From: an uncultured Anaerolineae bacterium
GTDB taxonomy: Bacteria; Chloroflexota; Anaerolineae; CAYNKW01
Assembly (NCBI GenBank): GCA_964453885.1
Contig: CAYVPU010000001.1
Coordinates: 1 to 42,554, forward strand
Length of the DNA: 42,554 nucleotides
Direction of reading: 5' to 3'
Position numbers and translations under genes: made by a program
Shown here: one piece after another, positions 25,518-34,042 of the stretch
Position numbering within the stretch: position 1 is the stretch's first letter
How the letters are laid out: each line of letters begins with the position of its first letter
Notes under the pieces: model-generated
What the model was told of the DNA's origin: nothing
Seen by the model: only the letters and a program-made list of their open reading frames with translations
Databases searched by the model: none

Positions 25518-26478
25518 GCTTCCATCCCTCCCTCTCAGCCAGCGTGCTGCTGGAAGGGCGCTTGCTCAAGATGTAGCTGAACAACGGCCCCAACATCAGG
25601 CTGGCGGCGATCATGGCACTGCGATTCAGGCCTGCAGAAAGGATGCTGAGGACGCCCTCCACACCCAGCGTCTGCGAAGCAAGCACCAATATCATCTCGG
25701 CAATGCCCAGCCCTGCCGGTGTGACCGGAATCATGGCTGAGATCAGAAAGAGGGTACTGACGATCAAGCTTTTGACCAGGGGCAGGTCTTTGCCAAAGGC
25801 GGCAAAAGAGAAGTGAATCATCAGCAGCGTCGTCCCCGCGTTCACGACCGACAGCGCGATCAAAGTCACCAGCGTGCCGGGGTGTGCAGCGATGATCTGC
25901 CAACCCTCGACTACCTGGTTGATGCTCTCAGCCCACCTTCCGGGCAAGCGGGGCAATCGTCTGACAACAACAAAAAACGTCACAGGCAGCGACAGGCACG
26001 CGGTGAGAAAGAGCGTTAGCACAGGATTGGTGACGCCGAAACACAACCACAAGGCCACCATAGCCAGCAGCCCAATGATAGCGTTGGTGGAAAAGGACAA
26101 TACATACAAGATGGCGAGGGTGCTAAGAAAAAGAGAATAGGGCAGGCTGTGCTTAGTCTTCAAATATACCCCCCGGATGGCTGCCCCGCCCCGGAAGGGG
26201 CTCAAGTAGTTACCCATAGACGTCATCGCCGACAGCCCAAACCACTCCAGGAAGTCAAGGCGTATCTCTAGGCTGCCCTGTATCACCTTGGTGAACAATC
26301 CCATGACCAGTAGTTTGAGAATGGCCAGTCCGAAAAGGAGGGCCAGCCACCCAGCAGACAAGTTGCTCAACAGTGCCAGGTCCTCAGAGTGGCGATAGGC
26401 GTACAAGGCAGCCCAGGTGAGAAACCCTATCACGATGAGCAGGGGAGCATATTTGCGGAGCATTCGCAGAGTCCTCAT
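25510..26478 (-). CDS. Flippase-like membrane protein (UPF0104 / lysyl-PG synthase TM-domain family)
   Basis: 322 aa with about 8 TM helices. The segment GNYLSPFRGGAAIRGVYLK is characteristic of the MprF flippase-domain family. It sits directly downstream of a GtrB-like GT2. Confidence 0.65.
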   Translation of the reverse strand: MRTLRMLRKYAPLLIVIGFLTWAALYAYRHSEDLALLSNLSAGWLALLFGLAILKLLVMGLFTKVIQGSLEIRLDFLEWFGLSAMTSMGNYLSPFRGGAAIRGVYLKTKHSLPYSLFLSTLAILYVLSFSTNAIIGLLAMVALWLCFGVTNPVLTLFLTACLSLPVTFFVVVRRLPRLPGRWAESINQVVEGWQIIAAHPGTLVTLIALSVVNAGTTLLMIHFSFAAFGKDLPLVKSLIVSTLFLISAMIPVTPAGLGIAEMILVLASQTLGVEGVLSILSAGLNRSAMIAASLMLGPLFSYILSKRPSSSTLAEREGWKHA

Positions 26479-26487
26479 CGGCCCGCT

Positions 26488-27372
26488 CTACTTGTCTATC
26501 TGTTGAAAGCGCAGGGTGGTGATCTGCTCGGCCAGCAGACCCATCATCACGATCAATGTCCCCACGCTAACAGAGATCACGATGGGGATAGTCCAACGGC
26601 TGCCGATGATCAACTTGTAGATGGCGTAGAAAAAGCCAGGAAGAAAGATGACCAAGCCAGTGGGTAGAAAAACCTTCAGGGGGCTGAACAGAGTGGCGAT
26701 CCTGGTCATGATCACCAGGAACCGGGCGCCATCGCGCAACAGTTTGATCTTGCTCCTGCCCACCCGTCGAGCGGCCTGGATCGGCTCGTATTTGAGACTA
26801 TACCCGGCCCTGACGATGGCGATGGTCAGTGTCGTGGGATACGAAAAGGTGTTGGGCAGCAGATAGCAGAACTGTACGGCCAGTTCACGCCGGATGGCTC
26901 GAAAGCCCGAAGTCAGATCCTTGATGGTGAATCCCGCCAGATAAGAGGCCAAACGATTGTAAACAGAGTTGGCCAGTTGTCGGTGCCATTCCTGGCTGCC
27001 TTTGACTCTAGCACCCACCACCATATCGTAGCCGTCCTCGACAATGGGCGCGACCAGGCGGAGAATGTCCGCCGCGTCGTGCTGGCCGTCGCCGTCCATC
27101 AGCACGACAGTGTCTCCCTGGGCAGCCCGGATGCCGGCCTTGACCGCCGCGCCGTTTCCCTTGTTGTAAGGCTGCCGGACTACCTGCGCGCCGACCCCCG
27201 CAGCGACCAGAGCGGTGTCATCGCTGGAGCCATCATCCACCACCAGTACTTCAAACCGCCGGCCATCGAGTGCCATTCGCACCTGGTGGACCACGTCGCC
27301 GATGACTTGCGCCTCGTTATAGGCCGGGATCACCACCGAAATCTCTGGTTTTGTTTCCAAAAGTCCTCCCAA
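26488..27372 (-). CDS. GT2 polyprenyl-phosphate glycosyltransferase (GtrB/DPM1-like)
   Basis: ISVVIPAYNE, VVDDGSSDDT and MDGDGQHD motifs plus two C-terminal TM helices match bactoprenol/dolichol-phosphate sugar synthases. TTG start, so the start coordinate is uncertain. Confidence 0.85.
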   Translation of the reverse strand: MGGLLETKPEISVVIPAYNEAQVIGDVVHQVRMALDGRRFEVLVVDDGSSDDTALVAAGVGAQVVRQPYNKGNGAAVKAGIRAAQGDTVVLMDGDGQHDAADILRLVAPIVEDGYDMVVGARVKGSQEWHRQLANSVYNRLASYLAGFTIKDLTSGFRAIRRELAVQFCYLLPNTFSYPTTLTIAIVRAGYSLKYEPIQAARRVGRSKIKLLRDGARFLVIMTRIATLFSPLKVFLPTGLVIFLPGFFYAIYKLIIGSRWTIPIVISVSVGTLIVMMGLLAEQITTLRFQQIDK

Positions 27373-27392
27373 TCAGGCTTCTCTGTGCTATC

Positions 27393-28751
27393 TCACAGAC
27401 CCCACCGCCAATTCACATAGGCCCGCACCTCGCGCCACAGAGCGAGAGGCCCCTCCTGGCGTAGCAGTTGCCAGCCTTTGGCCAGGCGGATGGACCACGG
27501 CGAGGTGATAGAAAAGCGCTGCCCTGACAAATCCCCGTGCAGGCCAGCCTCTTCTCTATCTGCCGCCGGCTGCGGAGCGGCGCAGAAGCGAGCCAGTGGC
27601 CCAATGGCTCGATCCCATGCAAAGCGCGCTCGCACCTGGGCAAAAGCATCTGCCCGGTTGGCCCGCGCATTGGGCTCTGCCAGCAGGGCCAGGATAGCCT
27701 CGGTCACACCCTCCACATCCTTCGGTGCAACAACACAACCCAGATCGTGCTCGCGTACCAGGCCCGCCAGGGTATCACCACCGGTGACAATCATGGGCAG
27801 TCCGGCCCACAGGCAATCGAGCAGGCGCGTGCGGAAGGCAAAATGGGTCTCAATGTGCGGCAGGTGCAGGCTGACGCCAAGGTCAGCCTCCAGCAAATAG
27901 CTCTCCCGCTCCTCGTAGGGGACCCAATCGTTGAAAAAAACGACTTTGTCAGTGAGGCCCATCTCGTCGCTGAGGCGCATTGTGTCAGTCGTCATGCGCA
28001 TGGGGTGCACCCTCGGGTTGGGGTGCTTGACGCCTATGAAGAAGAGCCGCACGTCGTCGCGCTGTTTCGTTATCTGGGCCATGGCCCGGACAAGAGTCAA
28101 CGGATCGAGCCAGTTGTAGATACCACCGTTCCACAGCAGCACTCTGTCGTCGTGGCCGATCCCAGGCACGATGCCTTTCATCATTGGACGATGGTGCTGC
28201 GGCGGGACATTCGGCAGGCCAAAGGACACCACGTCTATCAGGGCCCGCAGAGTCGGGTCGGTGTCGTAGGTTTGGGGGTTGACCCGACCGAGCGCGGTCA
28301 GCACTCCCAGCCAATAATTCCGTTGTTCCTCGCTGGCGCAGATGAAAAAATCACCCATCAGCAACTGGGCATTCATCGCCCGGGTCAGGCCCTGGTGATC
28401 CTGCAGCCGCAGTTTCAAGCCCTTGTCAGCCAAGAGTTGCAGGTTTTCCAGCACAAAGGGGGCATAGATGTCTACGACCACCGTCTGGCTTATTTCTCGC
28501 AGAAAGGGATACTGTGCCAGTGTCAGGCCAGAGACAATGATGCAGTCAGTCTCTGCGGCCAGTTCTTTGAGCCGCTGCCGGTTGTAGGTGACCAGTTCAA
28601 GACCCTCGCTCATCAGTGTTGTCTCGTTAGGGATGGCCAGTGTCACCCGGTTTTCGGTGCACAGCCCACGAGCGAACTCCCAAGCCCGGATGGCTGGGCC
28701 AGCCATGCATTGGTCTACGGTGTCGTGGCTGATGATCAACACTCGGCTCAT
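27393..28751 (-). CDS. GT4-like (GT-B fold) glycosyltransferase, partner of the upstream GT2
   Basis: 452 aa, collinear with the C-terminal half of the 34039..36567 fusion (VLLWNGGIYNWLDPL versus VLLWGGGIYDWLDPL, and others). The ATG overlaps the upstream stop as ATGA. Confidence 0.75.
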   Translation of the reverse strand: MSRVLIISHDTVDQCMAGPAIRAWEFARGLCTENRVTLAIPNETTLMSEGLELVTYNRQRLKELAAETDCIIVSGLTLAQYPFLREISQTVVVDIYAPFVLENLQLLADKGLKLRLQDHQGLTRAMNAQLLMGDFFICASEEQRNYWLGVLTALGRVNPQTYDTDPTLRALIDVVSFGLPNVPPQHHRPMMKGIVPGIGHDDRVLLWNGGIYNWLDPLTLVRAMAQITKQRDDVRLFFIGVKHPNPRVHPMRMTTDTMRLSDEMGLTDKVVFFNDWVPYEERESYLLEADLGVSLHLPHIETHFAFRTRLLDCLWAGLPMIVTGGDTLAGLVREHDLGCVVAPKDVEGVTEAILALLAEPNARANRADAFAQVRARFAWDRAIGPLARFCAAPQPAADREEAGLHGDLSGQRFSITSPWSIRLAKGWQLLRQEGPLALWREVRAYVNWRWGL

Positions 28752-30052
28752 CGTTCGCCGCCCTCTGCCTTGAACATGATTTCAATCTGAAAGCATCGCT
28801 CCAAAACCCGCTGAACGGATTGGTACTCAGCGTCAAAGTAGCTCAACTCTAGAGGCAAGCCAAACAACTCGAAAATCTCTTTATCGGTGCGGCGGCGGGC
28901 GGCCTGGATGCGGGCACGCTTTTCCAGCAGGCGCGGGTAGTGACGGATGAGGTCATCGGCGGCGACCAACCCGCTGAGAGCTTGGGCAGGCACGGCAATG
29001 GAGCCGCCGCTTGCCCGTGCCCGCCTGCGACGGAGCAGACTGGCGAAGGCTGGGTGCGATGAACGCCAGTGCAATTCACCTTTGATCTTGTGATACAGCC
29101 CACGCGGGCCACCTTTCCGGAGCGACTGCCAGGCCTGGCGCAGGTAATAGCCTGTTGTGTATCGAGGCTCACCAGGAGGCTCGGCCTGTGGAGGACCGCT
29201 CTCGCCTTCCAGCCGGAAAGCCGAGGAATCAAGCCCTGCTAGCAGATAGCTTCGCTCCAGCGATAGCATCAACGCTACCGGCAGCACACGCTGGAGGTTT
29301 TCGTGGTCATAGTTCTTGATCAGTGTATACAACGCATTGCGCTCGTAGAGCAGGCGGATCTTTTCGTCGGCCAGGCGGCGGCTGGTGCCGTGGTGCCGAT
29401 GATAGCACACGGCCCGGGGTGCGAACCAGACCTTGTACCCCAACAGCCACAACCGCCAGCCCAGATCGACGTCTTCATAGTAGGCGAAATAATCTGCGTC
29501 GAAACCACCCACAGAAAGAAACACCTCGCGCCGGAAGGCAACCGACGCACCATTGGCAAAGAGCAGGGCGCGCTCCTGATCGTATTGGCCGTCGTCAGGA
29601 TCGCCGTGCCCCACCTGGTAGCTGTAGCCGTAAAAGTTCATGGCCGCGTGGGCAAAATCAATGCGCTTGCCGTCCCAACTGAGGACTTTGGCTGCCACGG
29701 CAGCAATGTCAGAGTCCCGGCCAAAGGGACGCAGTATCTCAGAAAGCCAGTCCGGGGCCACGCGCATATCGTTGTTCAGCAAGGTCACAAACTCGCCATG
29801 CGCTGCTCGTACACCAGCGTTGTTGCCGCCGGCAAAGCCCAGGTTGCGTCCGGTTTCCACAACTTGGACCGTCGGGAAATGGGCCCGCATCCAGTCCACC
29901 GAACCATCAGTGGAGCCGTTATCTACCAGCATCAGCTCCAACTGCTCGGCAGGATAGTCGAGGTCGGTCAGAGACCTAAAGCAGGGCCCCAGGTGTTCTA
30001 GACCGTTGTAGTTCAAAACGATCACGGTAACGGAGGGCGTTTCAGTGCTCAC
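28748..30052 (-). CDS. GT2 glycosyltransferase (rhamnosyltransferase-like) with C-terminal helical extension
   Basis: VTVIVLNYNGLEHL, LVDNGSTDGS and NNDMRV motifs. It is a paralog of 32636..34042 and of the N-terminal half of 34039..36567. GTG start. Confidence 0.85.
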   Translation of the reverse strand: MSTETPSVTVIVLNYNGLEHLGPCFRSLTDLDYPAEQLELMLVDNGSTDGSVDWMRAHFPTVQVVETGRNLGFAGGNNAGVRAAHGEFVTLLNNDMRVAPDWLSEILRPFGRDSDIAAVAAKVLSWDGKRIDFAHAAMNFYGYSYQVGHGDPDDGQYDQERALLFANGASVAFRREVFLSVGGFDADYFAYYEDVDLGWRLWLLGYKVWFAPRAVCYHRHHGTSRRLADEKIRLLYERNALYTLIKNYDHENLQRVLPVALMLSLERSYLLAGLDSSAFRLEGESGPPQAEPPGEPRYTTGYYLRQAWQSLRKGGPRGLYHKIKGELHWRSSHPAFASLLRRRRARASGGSIAVPAQALSGLVAADDLIRHYPRLLEKRARIQAARRRTDKEIFELFGLPLELSYFDAEYQSVQRVLERCFQIEIMFKAEGGER

Positions 30053-30238
30053 CCTGATTCCTCTTGCGCTCGTTGTGTCAAGCGCTCATCGTACCCTGGG
30101 ACAGCATCACTGGTGCTGAACCGCGATTTGAACAGCAGATCACGAACGGAAGCACGATTGCTTTCACGCCCCCCCCTGTTTTGGTTATATCCAACACGTC
30201 AACTCGTGGCCACTGCGGACCGCCCACCGGTAGCATAA

Positions 30239-31108
30239 CTACTCCCGCGCATGTTTGCGCTCCTCCAGGTAGGACGCCAGGCCCTCCTCCCAGGGTAGCA
30301 TGTCGTCCAGGCCGACCGCGCGTAGCGCCGCGTTATCCAGCACCGAGTAGGCCGGGCGGGTGGCTGTAGCGCCAAAGGCCGCTGTGGTGGTCGGCTCCGC
30401 GTTGGGGCTCAAGCCCGACAGCTCCCACATCTTGCGGGCGAACTGATACCAGGTGCACTCGCCACTGTGAGTGATGTGGTATAGCCCATAGTGTTCGGTT
30501 TTGATGAGCTGGGCCAGCTTGCGGGCCAGATCGAGCGTATAGGTGGGGGAGCCGATCTGGTCATCCACCACCTTGATGTCGCGTCCCTCCCGGGCCAAGC
30601 GGAGCATGAGTTCAACAAAGTTGCCCCCCTTGCCGCTGGCCCCCGCTACGCCGTACAACCATTGCGAGCGCACGATCCAGTAGCGATCCAGGATGTAACG
30701 CACCAAGTACTCGCCGGCCAACTTGGCGACGCCGTAGACGTTGATGGGGCTGGGAAGATCTGTCTCGACGTAGGGCCTGCGGCGCTGGGTCTCGCCCCCG
30801 AACACATAGTCGGTGCTCATGTGCAGCAGCGCACAGTCCTGCTCTTTGCAGGCCAGGGCCAGGCTCCGCACGCCGTAGGTGTTCACGGCAAAGGTCTTTT
30901 CGACGTTGGTCTCGCACTCGTCAACCTTGTGGAAGGCAGCGGTGTTGATCACCACTTCCGGGGCGTGACGACTCAGCGTCTCCCGCAGCCCTACCGGCTC
31001 GCAGATGTCCACGTCTCGGTGGGTGAGCGCGATCAAGTCTACGCCGGTCAGGGTCTTGACCAGGTCGCTGCCCAGTTGCCCATTCGCGCCAATAAGCAGA
31101 ACTTTCAT
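30239..31108 (-). CDS. rmlD: dTDP-4-dehydrorhamnose reductase
   Basis: MKVLLIGANGQLG Rossmann motif, STDYVF, and YGVAK catalytic Tyr/Lys. Length is 289 aa. Confidence 0.9.
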   Translation of the reverse strand: MKVLLIGANGQLGSDLVKTLTGVDLIALTHRDVDICEPVGLRETLSRHAPEVVINTAAFHKVDECETNVEKTFAVNTYGVRSLALACKEQDCALLHMSTDYVFGGETQRRRPYVETDLPSPINVYGVAKLAGEYLVRYILDRYWIVRSQWLYGVAGASGKGGNFVELMLRLAREGRDIKVVDDQIGSPTYTLDLARKLAQLIKTEHYGLYHITHSGECTWYQFARKMWELSGLSPNAEPTTTAAFGATATRPAYSVLDNAALRAVGLDDMLPWEEGLASYLEERKHARE

Positions 31109-32172
31109 TGTGTTTCGCCCTCCTGGCGCGGCGCTTCAAAGACTGACCCGGTGATGCTGATGATGCGCTGTGATTCTTCCAGCAGGCGCATCCAGCGGAT
31201 GTTATAATACCGTGGGTTGTCAAAATCGGTATAGTCATAGCGGCGGATCTTTTCCACCATGTCTGTCACCGACTCTTCGATACCTACCTTGGGCCGGAAG
31301 CCGAGCATGTGCTCTATCTTTTTGGTGGAAACGCGATAGCTGCGTATGCCCCTGTAGCCATAGTCCACGCGGACCTCTGTGTCCACCTCCACCTGACGCA
31401 GCGCCTCGCGCACCCGCAGGGCCAACTCAGAGACGCGATAGTTGCGGCGGGAGACGTTAAAGATCTGTCCTTTGACCTTCTCTTCCTCGGCCTGGATGGC
31501 CAGAATGTAGGCCCGGGCCACGTCCCGTACGTCCACCAGGGGCCGCCACATCTCACCACCGTAGTGCAGGTTGAGATAGCCCTGGCTCATGGCAAACTTG
31601 ACAAAGGTATTAACCACCAGGTCGTAGCGCATCCGGTGCGAGAAGCCATAAATGGTACCTTTGCGCAGGATGACGGGACAAAAGTCGTCGCCAACCATGC
31701 TGAGCAGGATCTTTTCTGCCTCTCGCTTGGAACCAGAATAGGCTGCCCTGGGCGAGACCGGCGTTTCCTCGTCCTGAATGATGTCCTTGTCGTCGTTGCC
31801 CACGCCCCGATCGTAGATGGAACAGGAAGAGGCAAATACGTAACGGCGCACGCTGGCTGCCCGGCTCATCTCAGCCAGGGTCCTGGTGGCCAGAGTGTTC
31901 ATTTCGTAGTTGGCTTTGGGATTGTATTCAGCGGTGGGATCGTTGGACAGACCACCGAGGTTAACCACGGCGTCCACGTCCTTCAGCAAGTCCGGTGGCA
32001 GAGCACGCATATCGGCCACCACCAGCTCGACGCGGTCGCGGATCTCTCGCAAGCCAGCCTCGCCGTAGTAGAGACGATCCAGGATTTTGACGGCGTAGCC
32101 CCGTTCCAACAGTTCTTCGGCCAGCACCGAGCCTATGTAGCCCGCGCCACCTACCAGTAAAACTTTGCGCAC
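31105..32172 (-). CDS. NAD-dependent nucleotide-sugar epimerase/dehydratase (extended SDR)
   Basis: GGAGYIGS and YSGSK motifs. The start is moved to GTG 32172, which has GGGAGG 5-8 nt upstream and lies 3 nt after the upstream stop. The ORF-track GTG at 32196 is the alternative. Confidence 0.85.
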   Translation of the reverse strand: MRKVLLVGGAGYIGSVLAEELLERGYAVKILDRLYYGEAGLREIRDRVELVVADMRALPPDLLKDVDAVVNLGGLSNDPTAEYNPKANYEMNTLATRTLAEMSRAASVRRYVFASSCSIYDRGVGNDDKDIIQDEETPVSPRAAYSGSKREAEKILLSMVGDDFCPVILRKGTIYGFSHRMRYDLVVNTFVKFAMSQGYLNLHYGGEMWRPLVDVRDVARAYILAIQAEEEKVKGQIFNVSRRNYRVSELALRVREALRQVEVDTEVRVDYGYRGIRSYRVSTKKIEHMLGFRPKVGIEESVTDMVEKIRRYDYTDFDNPRYYNIRWMRLLEESQRIISITGSVFEAPRQEGETQ

Positions 32173-32174
32173 GT

Positions 32175-32639
32175 CTACCTCCCTTTCACCGTCCACACGT
32201 CCCCGAAGGAATCGGGCGGGATGCGCACCTCATCCGGTTTTTCGCGGTTGTACGCATGGCTGGCAATGCTGATCATCTGCGTGTCGTCCTCTAGCGACAT
32301 CCAACCGTGATAGACACCAGGTGGCACCACGATGAGGGTTGGTTTTCGCTCGCCGATGATGATGGTCATCATCTCGTCTTTGGTCGGGCTGTCATCCCGG
32401 TCATCCACGAGCACAAACTTGGCACTACCGTGGCTGATGAAGAACCAATCCCACAGTTCCGCGTGCTTGTGGTAGGCGCGGATCGTGCCTCGCGTCATGT
32501 CACCCACCAGGTAGACCTGGCCGAACTGGTGTACTATACCGTGGGGCTCGGGGTCGTCGGCACGACGGACGATCTCAATGAGGTAACCCCGGTCGTCCAT
32601 GCGAGTTACCAGCGGTATGACTTGCACATCTTGAATCAT
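32175..32639 (-). CDS. RmlC-like cupin (dTDP-4-dehydrorhamnose 3,5-epimerase family, short form)
   Basis: 154 aa cupin with RGTIRAYHKH and PPGVYHGW segments. Epimerase versus 3,4-ketoisomerase activity cannot be distinguished from sequence alone. Confidence 0.65.
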   Translation of the reverse strand: MIQDVQVIPLVTRMDDRGYLIEIVRRADDPEPHGIVHQFGQVYLVGDMTRGTIRAYHKHAELWDWFFISHGSAKFVLVDDRDDSPTKDEMMTIIIGERKPTLIVVPPGVYHGWMSLEDDTQMISIASHAYNREKPDEVRIPPDSFGDVWTVKGR

Positions 32640-34042
32640 GAACTTGAACCTCCTGTTTTTTGTGGCTTGATGGGATCGTCGCTCTGGGCAACCACCCCGT
32701 TTTTGGACGCAAACTTTCGATCTATGCCGAATATCCGGGCCAGTTCCTCTTGGGCCAGGACATACTCGTCGCCATCGTGGGCCGGCGTAAAGGGCTCACC
32801 GAACAGGGCAAGAATCTCTTGATCGGACCGGCGGCGCATGGCCTGAATCTGCTTTCGTTTCTCCAGCAGATTCGGCAAGTCTACGACGACGTCGTTGGCC
32901 GCGATGACGTAGCTCAGCACGATGTCGGGCGCTTCCACGTCGTCGTGACTGAGGTGGATCAAACGCCACCTCAGCCTCGCTAGCCACCGCCGCCAGCGAC
33001 GACCCAATTCCTGCCTGGTTTTTGCGATCAAAGCCCTAATGTTGCCTTGTCTGAAAGCGTGCCACGCTTCCCGGCGATAATAGGCCGCATCGTAGACAGG
33101 AGTCTTGGGCGAACTCGGCCTGGCGGCAGCCGGGCGCTCGGGACGCGGCGGTGCTGGTGGCCGCCTTTGCGCCGTTGACTGTTGATGGAGACGCAGGAAC
33201 TCTTTACCAGAGTTGAGGTGCGCCCGCTTGAACATCAGCAACAGGGCTACCGGCAGCACGCGCTTCAAGTTCTCATCGTCATAGTTCTTGATGAGGCTTC
33301 GAAGGGCATTTCGCTCATACAGCACAAGTTTCCGGCCCATGTGGATCGCACGCCAGAACCCGTGCCCCCGATGATAAACGACGGAACGGCTGGTAAAGGT
33401 GACGCTGTAGCCCATGACCCAAAGCCGCCAACCCAGGTCGGTGTCCTCAAAGTAGGCAAAGTGATCCTCGTCGAACCCACCCGATCTGAGGAACACTTTC
33501 CGGTCAATCAGCATTGCGCCGCCGCAAGGCGCCAGCACTGGACGATCCTGCCGGTATTGTTTAGACACAGGCTCGCCACAGCCGATCTGCCAGGCATGGC
33601 CACAGAAGCTCAGCACCATGCCAGCGTAATCTATTCGTTGGCCCTCCCAATCCAGGATCATTGAGGTGGTGCAGACGATGCCTTCTTCTGGCCGCAGGGG
33701 CTTGACTAACTCTTTGAGCCAGGCATGATCCACTCGCATGTCATTGTTGAGAAAGGCAACGTATTGACCTTGGGCCCTCCACGCTGCCATGTTGTTACCT
33801 TTTGAAAAGCCATAGTTGCGGTCGTGGCGGACGATTCTTACCTCCGGGAAATGGCGTTGGACAAAGGACACTGAATCATCGGCAGAGGCGTTATCCGCCA
33901 ACATCAGTTCCAATTTGTCACGGGGATAATCCAAGGCCTGCAAAGAGACAAAGCAAGGTTCCAGGTGCTCCAGACCGTTGTAGTTCAGGACGATCACGGT
34001 TACACTGGGCCAGTGGGCCGTGTTTGTGCCGATTTCTCTCAT
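32636..34042 (-). CDS. GT2 glycosyltransferase (rhamnosyltransferase-like), second paralog
   Basis: VTVIVLNYNGLEHLEPCF, LADNASADDS and NNDMRV motifs. The start is set at ATG 34042, which overlaps the upstream stop as ATGA (34039..34042). Confidence 0.85.
   Translation of the reverse strand: MREIGTNTAHWPSVTVIVLNYNGLEHLEPCFVSLQALDYPRDKLELMLADNASADDSVSFVQRHFPEVRIVRHDRNYGFSKGNNMAAWRAQGQYVAFLNNDMRVDHAWLKELVKPLRPEEGIVCTTSMILDWEGQRIDYAGMVLSFCGHAWQIGCGEPVSKQYRQDRPVLAPCGGAMLIDRKVFLRSGGFDEDHFAYFEDTDLGWRLWVMGYSVTFTSRSVVYHRGHGFWRAIHMGRKLVLYERNALRSLIKNYDDENLKRVLPVALLLMFKRAHLNSGKEFLRLHQQSTAQRRPPAPPRPERPAAARPSSPKTPVYDAAYYRREAWHAFRQGNIRALIAKTRQELGRRWRRWLARLRWRLIHLSHDDVEAPDIVLSYVIAANDVVVDLPNLLEKRKQIQAMRRRSDQEILALFGEPFTPAHDGDEYVLAQEELARIFGIDRKFASKNGVVAQSDDPIKPQKTGGSSS

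Noticed and set aside
25510-26478. UPF0104 membrane protein as the missing Wzm permease
   Set aside because: Its sequence pattern (GNYLSPFRGGAAIRG, about 8 TM) fits the MprF flippase-domain family, not the ABC-2 6-TM permease family. It is also separated from wzt by nine genes.
27537-28790. 417-aa + strand ORF antisense to the GT4-like gene, and similar long antisense ORFs at 29303..30001, 30491..31207, 31309..32160 and 36629..37441
   Set aside because: The opposite-strand frames carry clear GT2, GT4, RmlD, SDR and ABC motifs. The antisense translations are compositionally biased and lack motifs.
30119-30130. CGCGATTTG match between the 30.1-kb spacer and the arm of the 4.0-kb inverted-repeat element
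   Set aside because: Only about 9-10 nt are shared, with no inverted partner nearby. A match of that length is plausible by chance in 42 kb on two strands.
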